Shown: positions 13,752 to 27,131, numbered from the stretch's first letter. The stretch is DNA of 64,000 nucleotides from Octopus bimaculoides (GCF_001194135.2 NC_068983.1:163512492-163576491); one strand, 5' to 3'. Numbers and translations are program-made. The notes: generated by a model from the sequence alone, not told the origin.

Positions 13752-14044
13752 ATGGGAAAGCTGATGAAAAAAACAACAACAGACGAGAACAGGTGGAGTA
13801 AACAACAAAAGGATGTATTAGTTTAACGCTCGGGAATAGAGAAAGTCTTTAACGTTTCGAGCTACGCTCTTCAACAGAAAAAATAAGGAGAAAACGAAGG
13901 AGCAAAACACGGAGAAAAAACATTTTGAATGTTGTGGTCAGCGATCTGTCATGGCGACAGCCGGACAGAAAGTTCACACAGGAGAGCTAAGAAAAAGGGG
14001 AGATAACAAAAGGGGAAAGAAACGCTGACCTGAATACGAGAAGC

Positions 14045-14075
<31 letters not shown>

Positions 14076-14100
14076 ATGCTGGTTATCTTAACGTAAGTAG
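13752..14100 (-). mobile_element. Repeat family E (Penelope-like non-autonomous element carrying a hammerhead-like motif)
   Basis: Reverse complement matches 31790-31982; both copies end at (TA)n. Confidence 0.7.
13846..13883 (-). ncRNA. Minimal type I hammerhead ribozyme-like motif with variant core CUGUUGA
   Basis: Minus strand reads UUUUUU-CUGUUGA-A-GAGC(GUA)GCUC-GAAAC-GUU-AAAGA. Stems I and II can pair; position 6 is U instead of A. Confidence 0.5.
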
Positions 14101-14184
14101 GTGTGTATGTAGGTGTGAAAAAATGGGGAAGGGAGAAAGGAGTCGGTCAGTGCTAGTGTGTGCGTAGTGGTGTGTTGTGAAAAA

Positions 14185-14610
14185 GGCGTAGGAGTGGCTG
14201 TGTGGTAAGTAGCTTGCTTACGAACCACATGGTTCCGAGTTCAGTCCCACTGCGTGGCACCTTGGGTAAGTGTCCTCTGCTATAGACTCGGGCCGACCAG
14301 AGCCTTGTAAGTGGATTGGGTAGACGGAAACTGAAAGAAGCCCGTCGTATATATGAATATATATATATATATGAATGAATGTGTTTGTATATGTTTGTGT
14401 GTCTGTGCTTGTCCCACCAACATCGCTTGACAACCGATGCCGGTGTGTTTACGTCCCCGTAACTTAGCGGTTCGGCAAAACACACTGATAGAATAAGTAC
14501 TAGGCTTACAAAGAATAAGTCCTGGTGCCGATTTGCTCGAGTAAAGGTGGTGCTCCATCATGGCCACAGTCAAATGACTAAAACAAGTAAAAGAGTAAAA
14601 GAGTAAAGAG
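14185..14610 (+). mobile_element. SINE family A, full length
   Basis: Colinear with 3250-3690; tail of (AAAGAGT)-like repeats. Confidence 0.9.
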
Positions 14611-14612
14611 CG

Positions 14613-14644
<32 letters not shown>

Positions 14645-16154
14645 TGTATGTATGTATGTGTACACATACACACACACAAACACACATACACATACAACAC
14701 ATATATACGAACAAACAATGTGTGTAGCAACAAAAGAAATACACCTGAACATCGTTGAAATAGGAATCTATAATATATAATATATAATGCGAACATGGAA
14801 CTTTCCCACAGTGCAGGACGTTTCCCCGCAACAACGGATATAATATTATTTGATTTTTAGTGACTGATCGGATATAATTATATCCATGTTACCGGGAGGC
14901 CTCGAGTACTTATGTGAGTGGTCCATTCTCTTATTAGACAAACATAATACATACCTGTTATTACGTACAACGAGTTTCTACATTGGATAATTATAATGTT
15001 ATTATTTTTCTAAATCTTATAAACATACATTCTATTCCATCGAAAATCTTTTTTTGGACAATTTCATTAAAATACTATTTATATAAATTTATGATACTAA
15101 CCCTGCACCCGTTTCGTTAACTCTATTGTATGTCTCTTTTACACTGGCTCCCCCTCCCCCTCCCTCTCTCTCTAGGATATAAAGTGTTACAGGAGAACTC
15201 AATCAAACAAACGACCAACCAAAATTTCTATCGGCTATTATTAAATTCAAATTACCTTGCAATTCATTGTTTTCTTTATTATTGAAAGGCGTAACGGGAA
15301 AACTATTTGAAAAATATGAACTATCCACGTGACATCCTAATTGTTTATATAATTTGTTCCAGAACGGTCCAGGGAAATATGTTTATCAACGTTATATAAA
15401 CTTTTTACCCACGATTTGTAACTAGTTTGATAAGTGAGAACGCACGAAAGTATCAACCCTTGAGTCGTTCTGTTGCTTCTGATAAATATTAATGAAAATA
15501 TATATGTACACATACAGAAACCACCTCCCCACCCAAAACACATACACTCACATGTATATATATATATATATATATNNNNNNNNNNNNNNNNNNNNNNNNN
15601 NNNNNNNNNNNNNNNNNNNNNNNNNNNNNNNNNNNNNNNNNNNNNNNNNNNNNNNNNNNNNNNNNNNNNNNNNNNNNNNNNNNNNNNNNNNNNNNNNNNN
15701 NNNNNNNNNNNNNNNNNNNNNNNNNNNNNNNNNNNNNNNNNNNNNNNNNNNNNNNNNNNNNNNNNNNNNNNNNNNNNNNNNNNNNNNNNNNNNNNNNNNN
15801 NNNNNNNNNNNNNNNNNNTATATAATATGCACATATATACATTTTTACATATATTTATATGTATATGTGTGTGTACAATGTACATTTCCAGATTTTGTAG
15901 TAGTGTTAGGGTCGATCAAGGCTATGATAGCCTTGATATGTCGAATATGCAGTATAGACAGATGAAATATGAACTGCGTATTGGAAAAGTAATCTATAAA
16001 TCTAATAATAATCCTAACGCCTGTATACGTACATATAGACATGCAGCATACATACACATTTATACATACAAGCATGCATACATCCATCCATCCATACATA
16101 CATACATACGCACACACATACATAAATACATACATACATACGTACATACATACG

Positions 16155-16485
16155 TAAAGGAGAAAGCTAATTCGGAGGCTACAGATCCAATCCATCACTG
16201 GAACTGTGAGAATCTGTAAAACTTTCCAGAAGTTTATCATTTAAATATATATGAGCATGCCTAGATATGTAACTCTATGGATGAGAATACATACATAAAA
16301 CATACAAATCTGCACATACATAAATGCGTACATACATGCATGCATACATACATAAAAAAACAAAAATACTCTGCTGTTGATATTGAAATACCAATGAAAG
16401 AGTCTTGGATCTAGATTAGAAACCAGCTCTTTCTCTTTGGCAAGAAATCTTGAAATAAACTGAATAAATACATACATATAAATTT
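16155..16485 (+). mobile_element. R4/Dong-like subfamily 2: last codons plus complete 3' UTR
   Basis: Encodes LIRRLQIQSITGTVRICKTFQKFII*, matching the reverse complement of 29830-29990. It continues through an internal (CATA)n and the terminal module also seen at 4665, and sits within CATA repeats. Confidence 0.8.
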
Positions 16486-17999
16486 TCATCTATTTTGTAG
16501 ACAAACAAGTGGAAAATGAAATCAGAATACAGGTCAATAGGATATTTTGGGTGTAATTTAATGTGGGATTACATGACTAAATCTTAAAGGAAACAAATGA
16601 ATTGTTCAAGAATTCCCGTAGCGTTGTATGAGGATTACTTTTGTAAGGTAATTTAAATTTAATAATAACCGATAGAAATTTTGGCTGGTTGTTTGCTTGA
16701 TTGAGTCTCCTGTAACACTTTATATCTTAGAGAGAGAGAGGGGGGGAGCCAGAGTAAAAGAAACATACAAAAGAGTTAACGAAAGGGGTGCAGAGTTAGT
16801 ATCATAACTTAATATAAATAGTTTTTTAATGAAATTTTTCAATAATAGATTTTCGATAGAATAGAAAGTATGTTTATGAGATTTAGAAAAATAATAACAT
16901 TATAATTATCTAATGTAGAACCTCGTTGTACTTAATTTCCTTTTAAGATAATATTTTTCTTTGGAAAATTGGTATTCATTTCGTGACTTTGCAAAAGCAC
17001 CAATTAATTTTTTTTTAAATTAAATTATAATTATAGTCTGTATCCCATATATGTTCTGATATTACCCATTCTAGCCAAAGGTTTTTTTTCTAAAGTTACT
17101 CGTTATAGTATGGGTAGAACTCTAGTTTTAAATATCCAGTGTTGAATATCAAAGAAAAAACTTTCTGAAGGGAAGGGAGATTGAAATGGTTATTTACGAG
17201 TGAGGAGATGGTGAAGCACAGATGCTTGCATGGTTCAAGTTTTCTATTGTGAAAAACGAATTCAATAGATAAAACCTGTTATTTCCATAGTGATTCGAAT
17301 TAAGAGTCTTTTTCAATAGGAAACCTTATTCTGAATAAAATTTATAAAAAGTAATAAAATATTCTATTCAATGCGTTACATGTCACATAAAGAGATAATG
17401 TCACATATAAACTTCAAATAAAACATATTACATGTTGGTGACCTTCCTGTTATTAGCAAAATCTGCATGGTAAGAAATAGCACAATCGAAAATTATCTGC
17501 ATAATTTAAGATTCTTCAAACACTAGAGATGAAAAAAAATCAATGTTTTGTGCAATTTTACTTGTGAATCCAGAAGAGGAGAAAATTGTTTGACTACCCA
17601 TTTAACTTTTGCAAAATTTGAACGAATATAAAATATAATTCCATTAGCATTTCCATAACTACTCTTCTAGTTCGGCATTGTGACTAACCTATTTATCAAT
17701 AATAAACGCCATTGGAGTGTAGCAGACTGTGAACCAGTCAAACACATTTTCTATACGTTTATATTATCAGAAGTAGTTCAGTGTAAGCAATTCTAGGAAG
17801 GAGGGGGAACTCCACGCTGTAGTTAAATTGTAAAAATAGCGGGCAAATTTCCTCAGAAATCTTTTTCTAAACTGAATCGCCCTACAAGGACGCTAAAGAG
17901 TAAAAGTTAGATTTATTTTATATTATTTGTTGGTCGGACATCAAATACCTATTGAATTCCATTCTTAAATACATCCATTCACTCTTGTGCTTATGCTGA

Positions 18000-18845
18000 T
18001 GGTTTTGGATGAAGGATTCGTTGGCTCTTTTCATTAAATAGTTGTGAAATAGTATCTAGAAGTTGAACTGGTGGAAGAAAAGTGGCCTGAAGAGAAGGAC
18101 TGAAGGAACGATTATGACTCCGCAGGAGTAAGGGTTAAGGTTAGGGTTAGGGTTAGGGTAAGCATTGAGAACGAGAAACATCAGGAAAATCAATGACAAG
18201 GAAGACATCGACGAGGTGTGTTGGATGTGCAGAGAAAGAAAAGAAGAGATTGCACACAGATTACGAATGTCAAAAACTAACACAGGAAGTGTATAAGAAA
18301 GTGGGGACTTACTAGAGTGGCGAATTTCGTGCATTGGGAAGGGTGTACGAAGTACAGCTTCCCTTCTTCCGAAAAATGGTTTGACCACAAGGTAGAGAAG
18401 TTCCTAGAGAATGAAAATAGGAGGAACATCTGGGATTGTAAACCGCAAAAAGATAAGGTCATGGAACCCTCTCGGCCCGGTATCGTTGACTTCTACAAAA
18501 CATCTCAGGGTTGTACAATGGTGGACATAACGTGTTCTTTTGATATCAAAGTAAGTGAAAGATCGGGAAAAGTTTGATAAGTTCAATGATTTGAGATACA
18601 AGATTGGGCAGCTGTGCGGCTATAGGGCTGTAAAAGTTGTAACCATGGGTACCATAGACAAAAGTTTCGAAACATTCGAGAAACATGTTGGTTGTGACAT
18701 TACTGTTATGCAGAAATCTGCTTATTAGGGACAGCAAGAATCTTAAGAAAAGTGCTGGATGCTTATGGTCGTGGGGTGACTTGGTATCCAGCAAAATGAA
18801 CCGGCATAACCAGCATAAGAGCGAGAGATGGAAGCAAATAATAAA
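18000..18845 (+). mobile_element. R4/Dong-like non-LTR retrotransposon subfamily 1, decayed 3' end (CCHC knuckle, REL endonuclease)
   Basis: KSGLKRRTEGTIMTPQE[insert]ALRTRNIRK, VCWMC..EEIAH, VHWEGCTKY..EKWFDHKVEKFLENE..WD..RPGIV..MVDITC, KSA..ARILRKVL; ends aataataaat. Confidence 0.85.
18129..18158 (+). repeat. Interstitial telomere-type repeat: five hexamers, three perfect TTAGGG
   Basis: TAAGGG TTAAGG TTAGGG TTAGGG TTAGGG, inside the retroelement ORF. Confidence 0.85.
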
Positions 18846-19937
18846 TTTCTTACTTATTCAGTTATATAATTTAATGCATCGAATACCATGGTGATTCAAT
18901 ATCAAAAATAAACAAACTATCCTAAGGTAGTTTCTTTCAGCATCAGACCAATTCCGTTCGACCCACGATCACCAACAATAAGAATGAAACATTTACTTGT
19001 TCAGCTGCGATTGAAAGAGGAATGAATAGTTTGAATTTGAAAAATAATACATAGAAACGTAGCGGGGTGGGGGGATGCACCGACGTCGGAAGAAACGAAG
19101 ATATTAATACTGGAAGGAAATAGTAGCAATCTAAATGTAAGATGTTTTGTTGTCACAGTCCAGCATTGTGACATGTTCGGTTACAAATCCAAGCGATTAT
19201 TGCAAGACATTGTAATATAGTTTCTTTTGTGTTTTCTCACAATTATGGCTACCGACAGACACACATCATAAAACGCTGAAAAAAAAGTAAAAAAAAAAAC
19301 GCATTCAATATGTTAAAGCCTATTTTCTTCTCTCTTCGCAACAGACAAAACATCTGTCCGGTATTTACATTTGCACCACGGTAGATAAAATATTTATATT
19401 CTTATAGCAATACAGAGATGTTATTATCATAAAGCGGCAGCTTTGGAATGTCTTCGTTTTTCAATTCGTTTTCACTATTTACTCAAACACGTATTCTCAC
19501 AGATGTAGCTTTATCTAGGTTATATTCGCAAAGGGCATTTCAGTAATGTAATTGACTTATCTATTACTCTTCTTACCTAGTTTTTTTTTTGTTTTGTGCT
19601 GTAGTTATAATCTATCAGTTCTTCAAATAACATTTTTTTTTAGACCAAAACCAAAATTCTCAATCAACATTTTTAATTCTTTTCTTCTTTTAAGACAGAA
19701 GGATTAAGGTAACTTGTATAGAAATATAAATCACGTCAGTTAGTGTGCGTGTATACATACATACATATATATATATATATATGTATATNNNNNNNNNNNN
19801 NNNNNNNNNNNNNNNNNNNNNNNNNNNNNNNNNNNNNNNNNNNNNNNNNNNNNNNNNNNNNNNNNNNNNNNNNNNNNNNNNNNNNNNNNNNNNNNNNNNN
19901 NNNNNNNNNNNNNNNNNNNNNNNNNNNNNNNNNNNNN

Positions 19938-19993
<56 letters not shown>

Positions 19994-21332
19994 TACATAA
20001 AATATATATCTTAATTATATATATTCTTAATTGTTATTCTTACATATTTCTTCATTCCTTAGGTCCATAGGATATCATTTTTCTTTTTTTCATGTGCGGA
20101 AACTTTTATACTGTTCACGAAAACAACTTTTTCTAGTCATCTCAATATTCTGTTCACCTCTTTTATCTTTCAACATAAGTGACCTAACTCTTCCCATGGG
20201 TGAGCTATACTGATTCACGTTATGAGTAGGTTCAAAACTATTTCTATCTAATTCTTGGTGTGCAATTCAATTTTCTCGTTCACTTCGCCAATCAATCAAT
20301 AATACGGTTATCTTCAATTACGTAACGAATACCTTTGACAAAGACCAGAATAATATAGAATATTATTCCTCTTCCTTTCCCAAATCAATATTTCATTTAT
20401 CTATCACCAGTGCGATCGATTCAATTACTACATTTTTCATAATCAAATGTACTGACAATAGCAGTTGTCACGTTCCTATTTTCTGAAGGACAATAACCAC
20501 ATAGGTGACGTGAAATAACTACCACCGGGAATGAAGACGGAGTGTCAGACCCGCTCCCCGAAGATTAAAACTTGTTCTACGATGCACTCTAATTAATATC
20601 AAGCCATATTATCACTACTCACGTCTGTATTGTAGTCCTGTGTTTAGTCATGTTATTAATGACTTTTTCATATTAGTGTTTCAGTTACTCTAGTGTAAGA
20701 TGTCGATCCTTGTATTGCGATACATACATATATATATATATANNNNNNNNNNNNNNNNNNNNNNNNNNNNNNNNNNNNNNNNNNNNNNNNNNNNNNNNNN
20801 NNNNNNNNNNNNNNNNNNNNNNNNNNNNNNNNNNNNNNNNNNNNNNNNNNNNNNNNNNNNNNNNNNNNNNNNNNNNNNNNNNNNNNNNNNNNNNNNNNNN
20901 NNNNNNNNNNNNNNNNNNNNNNNNNNNNNNNNNNNNNNNNNNNNNNNNNNNNNNNNNNNNNNNNNNNNNNNNNNNNNNNNNNNNNNNNNNNNNNNNNNNN
21001 NNNNNNNNNNNNNNNNNNNNNNNNNNNNNNNNNNNNNNNNNNNNNNNNNNNNNNNNNNNNNNNNNNNNNNNNNNNNNNNNNNNNNNNNNNNNNNNNNNNN
21101 NNNNNNNNNNNNNNNNNNNNNNNNNNNNNNNNNNNNNNNNNNNNNNNNNNNNNNNNNNNNNNNNNNNNNNNNNNNNNNNNNNNNNNNNNNNNNNNNNNNN
21201 NNNNNNNNNNNNNNNNNNNNNNNNNNNNNNNNNNNNNNNNNNNNNNNNNNNNNNNNNNNNNNNNNNNNNNNNNNNNNNNNNNNNNNNNNNNNNNNNNNNN
21301 NNNNNNNNNNNNNNNNNNNNNNNNNNNNNNNN

Positions 21333-21421
<89 letters not shown>

Positions 21422-21489
21422 CTGTGTATGTGTGTGTGTTCGCATGTATGCAAGCAGCTCTAGTCGCAGTGGAATTTTTCTGAGACGTA

Positions 21490-21760
21490 CGTGTCAGACT
21501 ATTTGCATTCCAAAGTTTTCCCTTCTAACTTCGGAAGTAAAATCACTTTTGAGTGACTTTTCTATTAGTTATGTCTATTGTATTCTTTTATTAATCTTTA
21601 AACTTATTCGGTCGTCAACCTCTGCATATTTTGTCAATGTACCTGATCCGCTGGGTACATTGCTATGCTAATGTTGTTGAAGGATTTTCTATGCTTACAA
21701 GAGATTAGAATTCTTCAGGGCGACATTCCATTTCGATTTCACACTTGGATCAAAAGAGTG
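21490..21760 (-). mobile_element. Possible Penelope-like GIY-YIG endonuclease relic
   Basis: Minus-strand, frameshifted QCTQRIRYIDKICR...RLIKEYNR resembles the C..C..YIG.T.R.L..R..EH pattern; highly decayed. Confidence 0.3.
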
Positions 21761-22117
21761 TTGTGTGCACTGCATAGCTGTAAAAATCATCTTTATTTTT
21801 GAAATTATTATCGAGAAATTATATAATTAACATTGTCACACCAAATGGCAACGATGTGTTACAATTCTAATAACACTGGATAACACTAATAAAGATGTTT
21901 AATTATTTACACGTGATTCGTAGGTAATCAAAGACACTGAATTCAAACAAATTATTGATTATTTTTAGCATTACGTCACAGATCTTTACAAAGTTGGAGG
22001 AATATTCCATAAGATACACTTATTTCATAACGTATTTCATAAAGTACATTATACATAGGATATATTAAATCTTTTTCAACACATAAATATTTGTTTATAT
22101 ATATATATATATATATT

Positions 22118-22198
22118 CTTTTACATGTTTCAGTCACTTCACTGCGGCCATGCTGGAGCACAGCCCGTTCTTCGAACAAACCGACTCCAGGACTTTCA

Positions 22199-22200
<2 letters not shown>
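22118..22200 (-). mobile_element. SINE family A, 3' tail
   Basis: tttcagtca...ctgcggccatgctggagcac...aaccgactccaggact is the reverse complement of 3605-3675. Confidence 0.8.
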
Positions 22201-22238
<38 letters not shown>

Positions 22239-22399
22239 NNNNNNNNNNNNNNNNNNNNNNNNNNNNNNNNNNNNNNNNNNNNNNNNNNNNNNNNNNNNNN
22301 NNNNNNNNNNNNNNNNNNNNNNNNNNNNNNNNNNNNNNNNNNNNNNNNNNNNNNNNNNNNNNNNNNNNNNNNNNNNNNNNNNNNNATATATATATTCAA

Positions 22400-22700
22400 G
22401 TATGGGTTAGAATTAGCGCTAGTGCTGAAAACATTATCGAACACACAGTGTATTTCCATTGCTCGTTCGCCAGTAGGCTGCGATTTGACGCGCCGGTTGT
22501 TAAGACGCCTGAAAGTCACAGACAGGCGCGACAAATTACACCGCGTCCCATTCACGATGGACGTCGATGTTTCGGCATTTTTGTAGCTTACCAGCATGAC
22601 GTACCTGAACCGAACTGCAGGCGAACCGTCCATGATTGCATCCCTCTCCTGGAATATCCGAACGATGCATACGTAGGAATGAATTCAGATATGAAGTAGA
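22400..22700 (-). mobile_element. Possible Tc1/mariner transposase relic
   Basis: GC-rich island. One minus frame gives RHAGKLQKCR..HREWDAV*F, loosely like the Tc1 RL.WCR.H..W..V.FSDES region; many stops. Confidence 0.3.
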
Positions 22701-23026
22701 AGCAGCTCCACTGTGGCAGACATTATTAAACACACACATAATGTAAGCACCCTGATTGTTCGCTCGTAAGCTGTGATTTGACATGTTCAAGGAAAGGACC
22801 ACGTGTGCATGCAAAAAATAACAGTAAACTATGAATGTCATTGTTAATTTTAATTTCAATTTTATTTTATTAATAGCCCTTTTCTCTTCTCACATATTTT
22901 ATATTCATTTTTGATAAGGTTTTCCCAAAAAACAGAAACATGTAAATTAATTAAAACACCCAAAAAATATTTTATAAAAGTGGCATTTTCATTTTTATTC
23001 ATCTGCAATATATATGCATATATATA

Positions 23027-23059
<33 letters not shown>

Positions 23060-23151
23060 GTATACATATATGTATATATATACATACATATATATATGGG
23101 GGGGGGGGNNNNNNNNNNNNNNNNNNNNNNNNNNNNNNNNNNNNNNNNNNN

Positions 23152-23182
<31 letters not shown>

Positions 23183-23268
23183 ATATATACATACATATAT
23201 ATATGGGGGGGGGGGATTATGGGTGTGTGTAATATTTGGGATTAATGAGTATACCTATAAACGAAAGT

Positions 23269-23305
23269 TGTAGGATGGGTCGAAACGGTCATCGTACAAA
23301 ATACA
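23269..23305 (+). mobile_element. Repeat family F, 3' half of the hammerhead motif
   Basis: ggatgggtc-gaaac-ggtc-atc-gtacaaaata matches the reverse complement of 32190-32220. Confidence 0.55.
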
Positions 23306-23374
23306 GTTATACCAATTCCATCTTCTGTTTATTTAATCGATTATAAACACACACACACACACACATATATATAT

Positions 23375-23478
23375 TCTTTACATTATTTACATTTGACGGA
23401 TATTTGTCCTCATCTTGTTTGTTGTTAACACAACGTTTCAGCTGATATACCCTCCAGCCTTCATTAGGTGTCTTGGGT
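23375..23478 (-). mobile_element. Repeat family D fragment with hammerhead motif (G5A lesion)
   Basis: Minus strand 23472-23427 reads GACAC-CUAAUGA-A-GGCUG(10 nt)CAGCU-GAAAC-GUU-GUGUU. Confidence 0.8.
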
Positions 23479-23479
23479 T

Positions 23480-23670
23480 TAAAACACTGCTTTAGAAGAA
23501 TTATGTTCCAAAATGTGTTGCAATCTTTTTACTAAGCAAGTTTCCAATATTTTGTCAAGAAAACAATGGAGCAAAGTGTTCTTGTCAATCAAAGTATATA
23601 AATGTTGAATGATATAGAATTTGAGAAATCTATCACCACGTGAATTTGATGCTTGAATTTCTTCCAAAGT
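23480..23670 (-). mobile_element. Possible LINE reverse transcriptase relic
   Basis: KILETCLVKRLQHILEHN resembles the RT domain 1-2 pattern IL..RL...LE.N..Q.GF. Confidence 0.3.
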
Positions 23671-26313
23671 TTTGTTAATTAATTTCCTTTCATTTTATTG
23701 CTGAGTTTGGAAAAAAAAAGGTAATGCTATGAAAAGGTAATGCTCTCCAAGTATTACTCTCCAAGAAAAGACAATACTAGTGAGTTTGATGTCATTAATA
23801 TTTCGCTTAAACTGTTGGAGATCAACACCTTCAAGCAGGAGGAGGAAATGCCAGAAAGACGATGCTATGGAGTGAAAGGACTGGGAATGGTGATGTGTGG
23901 ACTGGAGGGTTGGACGCCACAAGAATGACAAGAGATGAAGAGATGAGTGTTATTCGGAGTTATCTGAACGGTGGAGTTATGACGTAGGACACCTCCAGGG
24001 GTGACGGCCAATGTAATATCGAACAGATTAGATTACTTTTGTGAAATGCAGTGCTCAGATATATCAATTGTCGAGATCAGTGGGTCTAATCCGGTGTTCA
24101 AATGACCCATGGGGATCCATACAACATTCACTTGTTAAAATTTATCTGCGATAAATAAGTTATACTTCTGCTATACACAAGGTATTTAAAAGGTTTTTTT
24201 TTATACAAATCCTAACAATATTTAATTATTGAAATATAATGAGATGTTTTAAAAACTTCAAGGCCGGGGTCCAACCAAGGAAAATAGGAACGAATGGTGT
24301 AAATATTTCAGCTTTCTCATTCTTGGAAACTAATGTAATTCTTGTACATACAACCAACTATTTTCATACGTAAGGTTTGACAGAATTAATATCCTGAAAT
24401 ATTTACATTGAGTTAGTTGAGCATTTCTCTCAAATAATTTGCTCTACGTTCGAATAGGTTCGACTAAGACACACTTCTCCGGAACATTATATGCAATATG
24501 CAAACCATCCGAGGTCTCCTTCGGGTGTATCCAACCATCGCTACTGAGGTCTGTCGATATTCAATGCACACGACTCTTGAAAGTACTGTCCACTGTGCAC
24601 ATACGCCACGATAAATTAGATCTGGGCTGTTTGATGTTTCATGACTATAAATCAAAGATGGACGCTTCATTTGTTGGCAGAACTAGTTTTAGATCGGATT
24701 CTAGGCTTGGTTAGGTGATATTACACCCCTGAGTCTAACTTTGGTACTATCAGAACTATTTCCGAATCAGAATAAGCGAATACTTCATGTTCTACAGTGA
24801 ATAAAATGTTTGCATTCTATTAGGAATAGAGATCTTTGTAAATTTTCCTGTAGTCTCAAGACGATTTTTTGCTAGTAGTTATTGGAAATTCTATTGATTC
24901 CCTAGGTACTTGTTGCTTTCTTTAATATATTCTCTTATCTAGATGTAATATGTTTGTTGACTGCTCAAATATTCATTATCGAACACGTCAGATCGTTTAC
25001 AGCCTTAAATTATACTTAACTAATGAAACATTTAAGTTTTCTCTTTTTTCTTCTGAAAATTCAGTTTTCATTCTATTTAAAATAATTTTTAACGGTATGT
25101 ACGTAGAAAATATTGCTATCTTTATACGACATTTGATGTTACATCTATTATTTATATTCTTTGTTGAAGTTTTCTAGCAATCATAGCTTTGTTGCTATTT
25201 GTTTTCTACGTTAGTTTTGAATGCTACTGATATTCATATTTCTAGTTCATTAAAGAACTTCTCTTGCCTTACTGAATATACGTTGAAATACCTCGTTCTC
25301 TCCTAAAACCAATATACACAAAGAAACTGTAAGATATCTACTTCCATACATTAAAAAAAAAATAACAGAGCTGTATCTCGATAAATTAATAAATTTCAGG
25401 ACGAATGGTTCGGACCTCATCACCTCTGGCTGTAGCCAAAATATTTGGCATTCACAAGTTTATTTTACCAAATAGTAAATAGCTACCGTTAAAAATAGTC
25501 AGGAGAATTGCAGACGAATTCTTTTTCATTACCTTACAGCATTGATTTTTAAACTAGTTGTATTCAATAAGAAAAGGCTTCAGTGAACAATGATGGTATC
25601 TTATCAACTCGCTGCGTTACGAAAATTAGCATAAATTTAGAAAATAATGTAGGTAAAAGCTCTGAGAGAAATGAACTGTAGTCATCAGTTCATCCTGAAT
25701 GAGATTGCCAATTGCAAACTTCACTTATTGAAAATCATTAAGATTCAAGAGATAATGCGCACCGTCTCGGGCTTGTCACTCGACGGCTTTGCAGCGCATC
25801 ACCCTTTCTCCACCGCTCATTTATGTGAGGACACCACCGATTGGATCGATTGAAAGGTAATCGATCTGAAGTTTTTCACAGGAACATCAGCAGCATTGAT
25901 ATTGTGGAGTCACACAAGTCTGTCTTGACATTTAGCGATACTTTGTATACTCTGCAATAGTAAAACTAACCGTATGAAATCTCAGGTATGTGAGTGTAAA
26001 GATGAGACTTTGATTGGTCACATTTTCCAGCCGATCAGCTTTGTGATAAGATCATGCCGTTTTTATAGCAAATCAGTGGTTAGACATAATAACATCCCTT
26101 TGAGTAAGCAAATAGCGTTGCGGCACCATCACACCACTTTGGAAAAAACAAATGTCTTCGAGACAAATTCACATCATTTCTTCAGTTGTCATCGTAATAT
26201 ATCGTGTTGAGAAAGAATGATACTGTTTAAGCGAAGAAAAATCTTATCTTTTTGAGGAGTATATACCTTTGAAAAAATACCCAAAGAACTTGGTGTGTTT
26301 GTGTGTGTGTGTT

Positions 26314-26372
<59 letters not shown>

Positions 26373-27029
26373 TTGTGTGTGTGTGTAAAAGATGCTGGGT
26401 AAAGAGGACTCGCGAACACTTTAAACAATGATAAACACAGAAAACTGTAAAAAATCAGAATGTAATGGTCAAACATGCAAGCGTGATAACTGATGATGTA
26501 TAATTGATCATGTATAATTGATAGTTAGATGATATCAAAGGAAATATATAGCAAACGTTAGCCGTTAGCTTGATCAGTGTAAATGACAAAATTGTTTGGC
26601 GCAAACTTTGTAACAGAATGGTTGAAGAAACAATAACAACAAATGAAAATAACTGGATATTTTTCAGAGAAAATCGTTAGGAGGACATACTACTTCGTAG
26701 AAGATTGGTTAGATCTCAAATAAAGGAATGAGATAAGTTATTTGAAGTGATCAACTGATATAGGCGAGGTTCAGGACCGTATGAAGTTGTGTACCTGAGT
26801 GTATTACAGCAATAATGAAACTAAATATTAGAGCTAAAACAATTGAAGAAATCTATCTTCAAAGCCTGCTGTAGTATCATAAATGCTGAAAAACTGAATA
26901 ATTTTATCTCTTTTAAAAGAAGAATTGAAGTGGTAAACCGTTACTTTACTAATATTAACTCTCATTTGTAAACTAAATATAATGATTTTGCTTTGTATGG
27001 TCTTTCATATACATTTAGTGTAGTCTGAT

Positions 27030-27052
27030 ATCTATGTATGTATGTATGTAAG

Positions 27053-27131
<79 letters not shown>

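Noticed and set aside
13770-13780. CTGATGA here and at about 31041 as hammerhead cores
   Set aside because: No stem II or GAAAC at suitable spacing.
20040-20640. Possible decayed retroelement ORF on the minus strand
   Set aside because: Too many stops and no diagnostic motif.
23098-23215. G tracts as G-quadruplex signals (also 40735-40760)
   Set aside because: The first lies at a duplicated gap edge and the second inside a SINE tail; there is no independent evidence.
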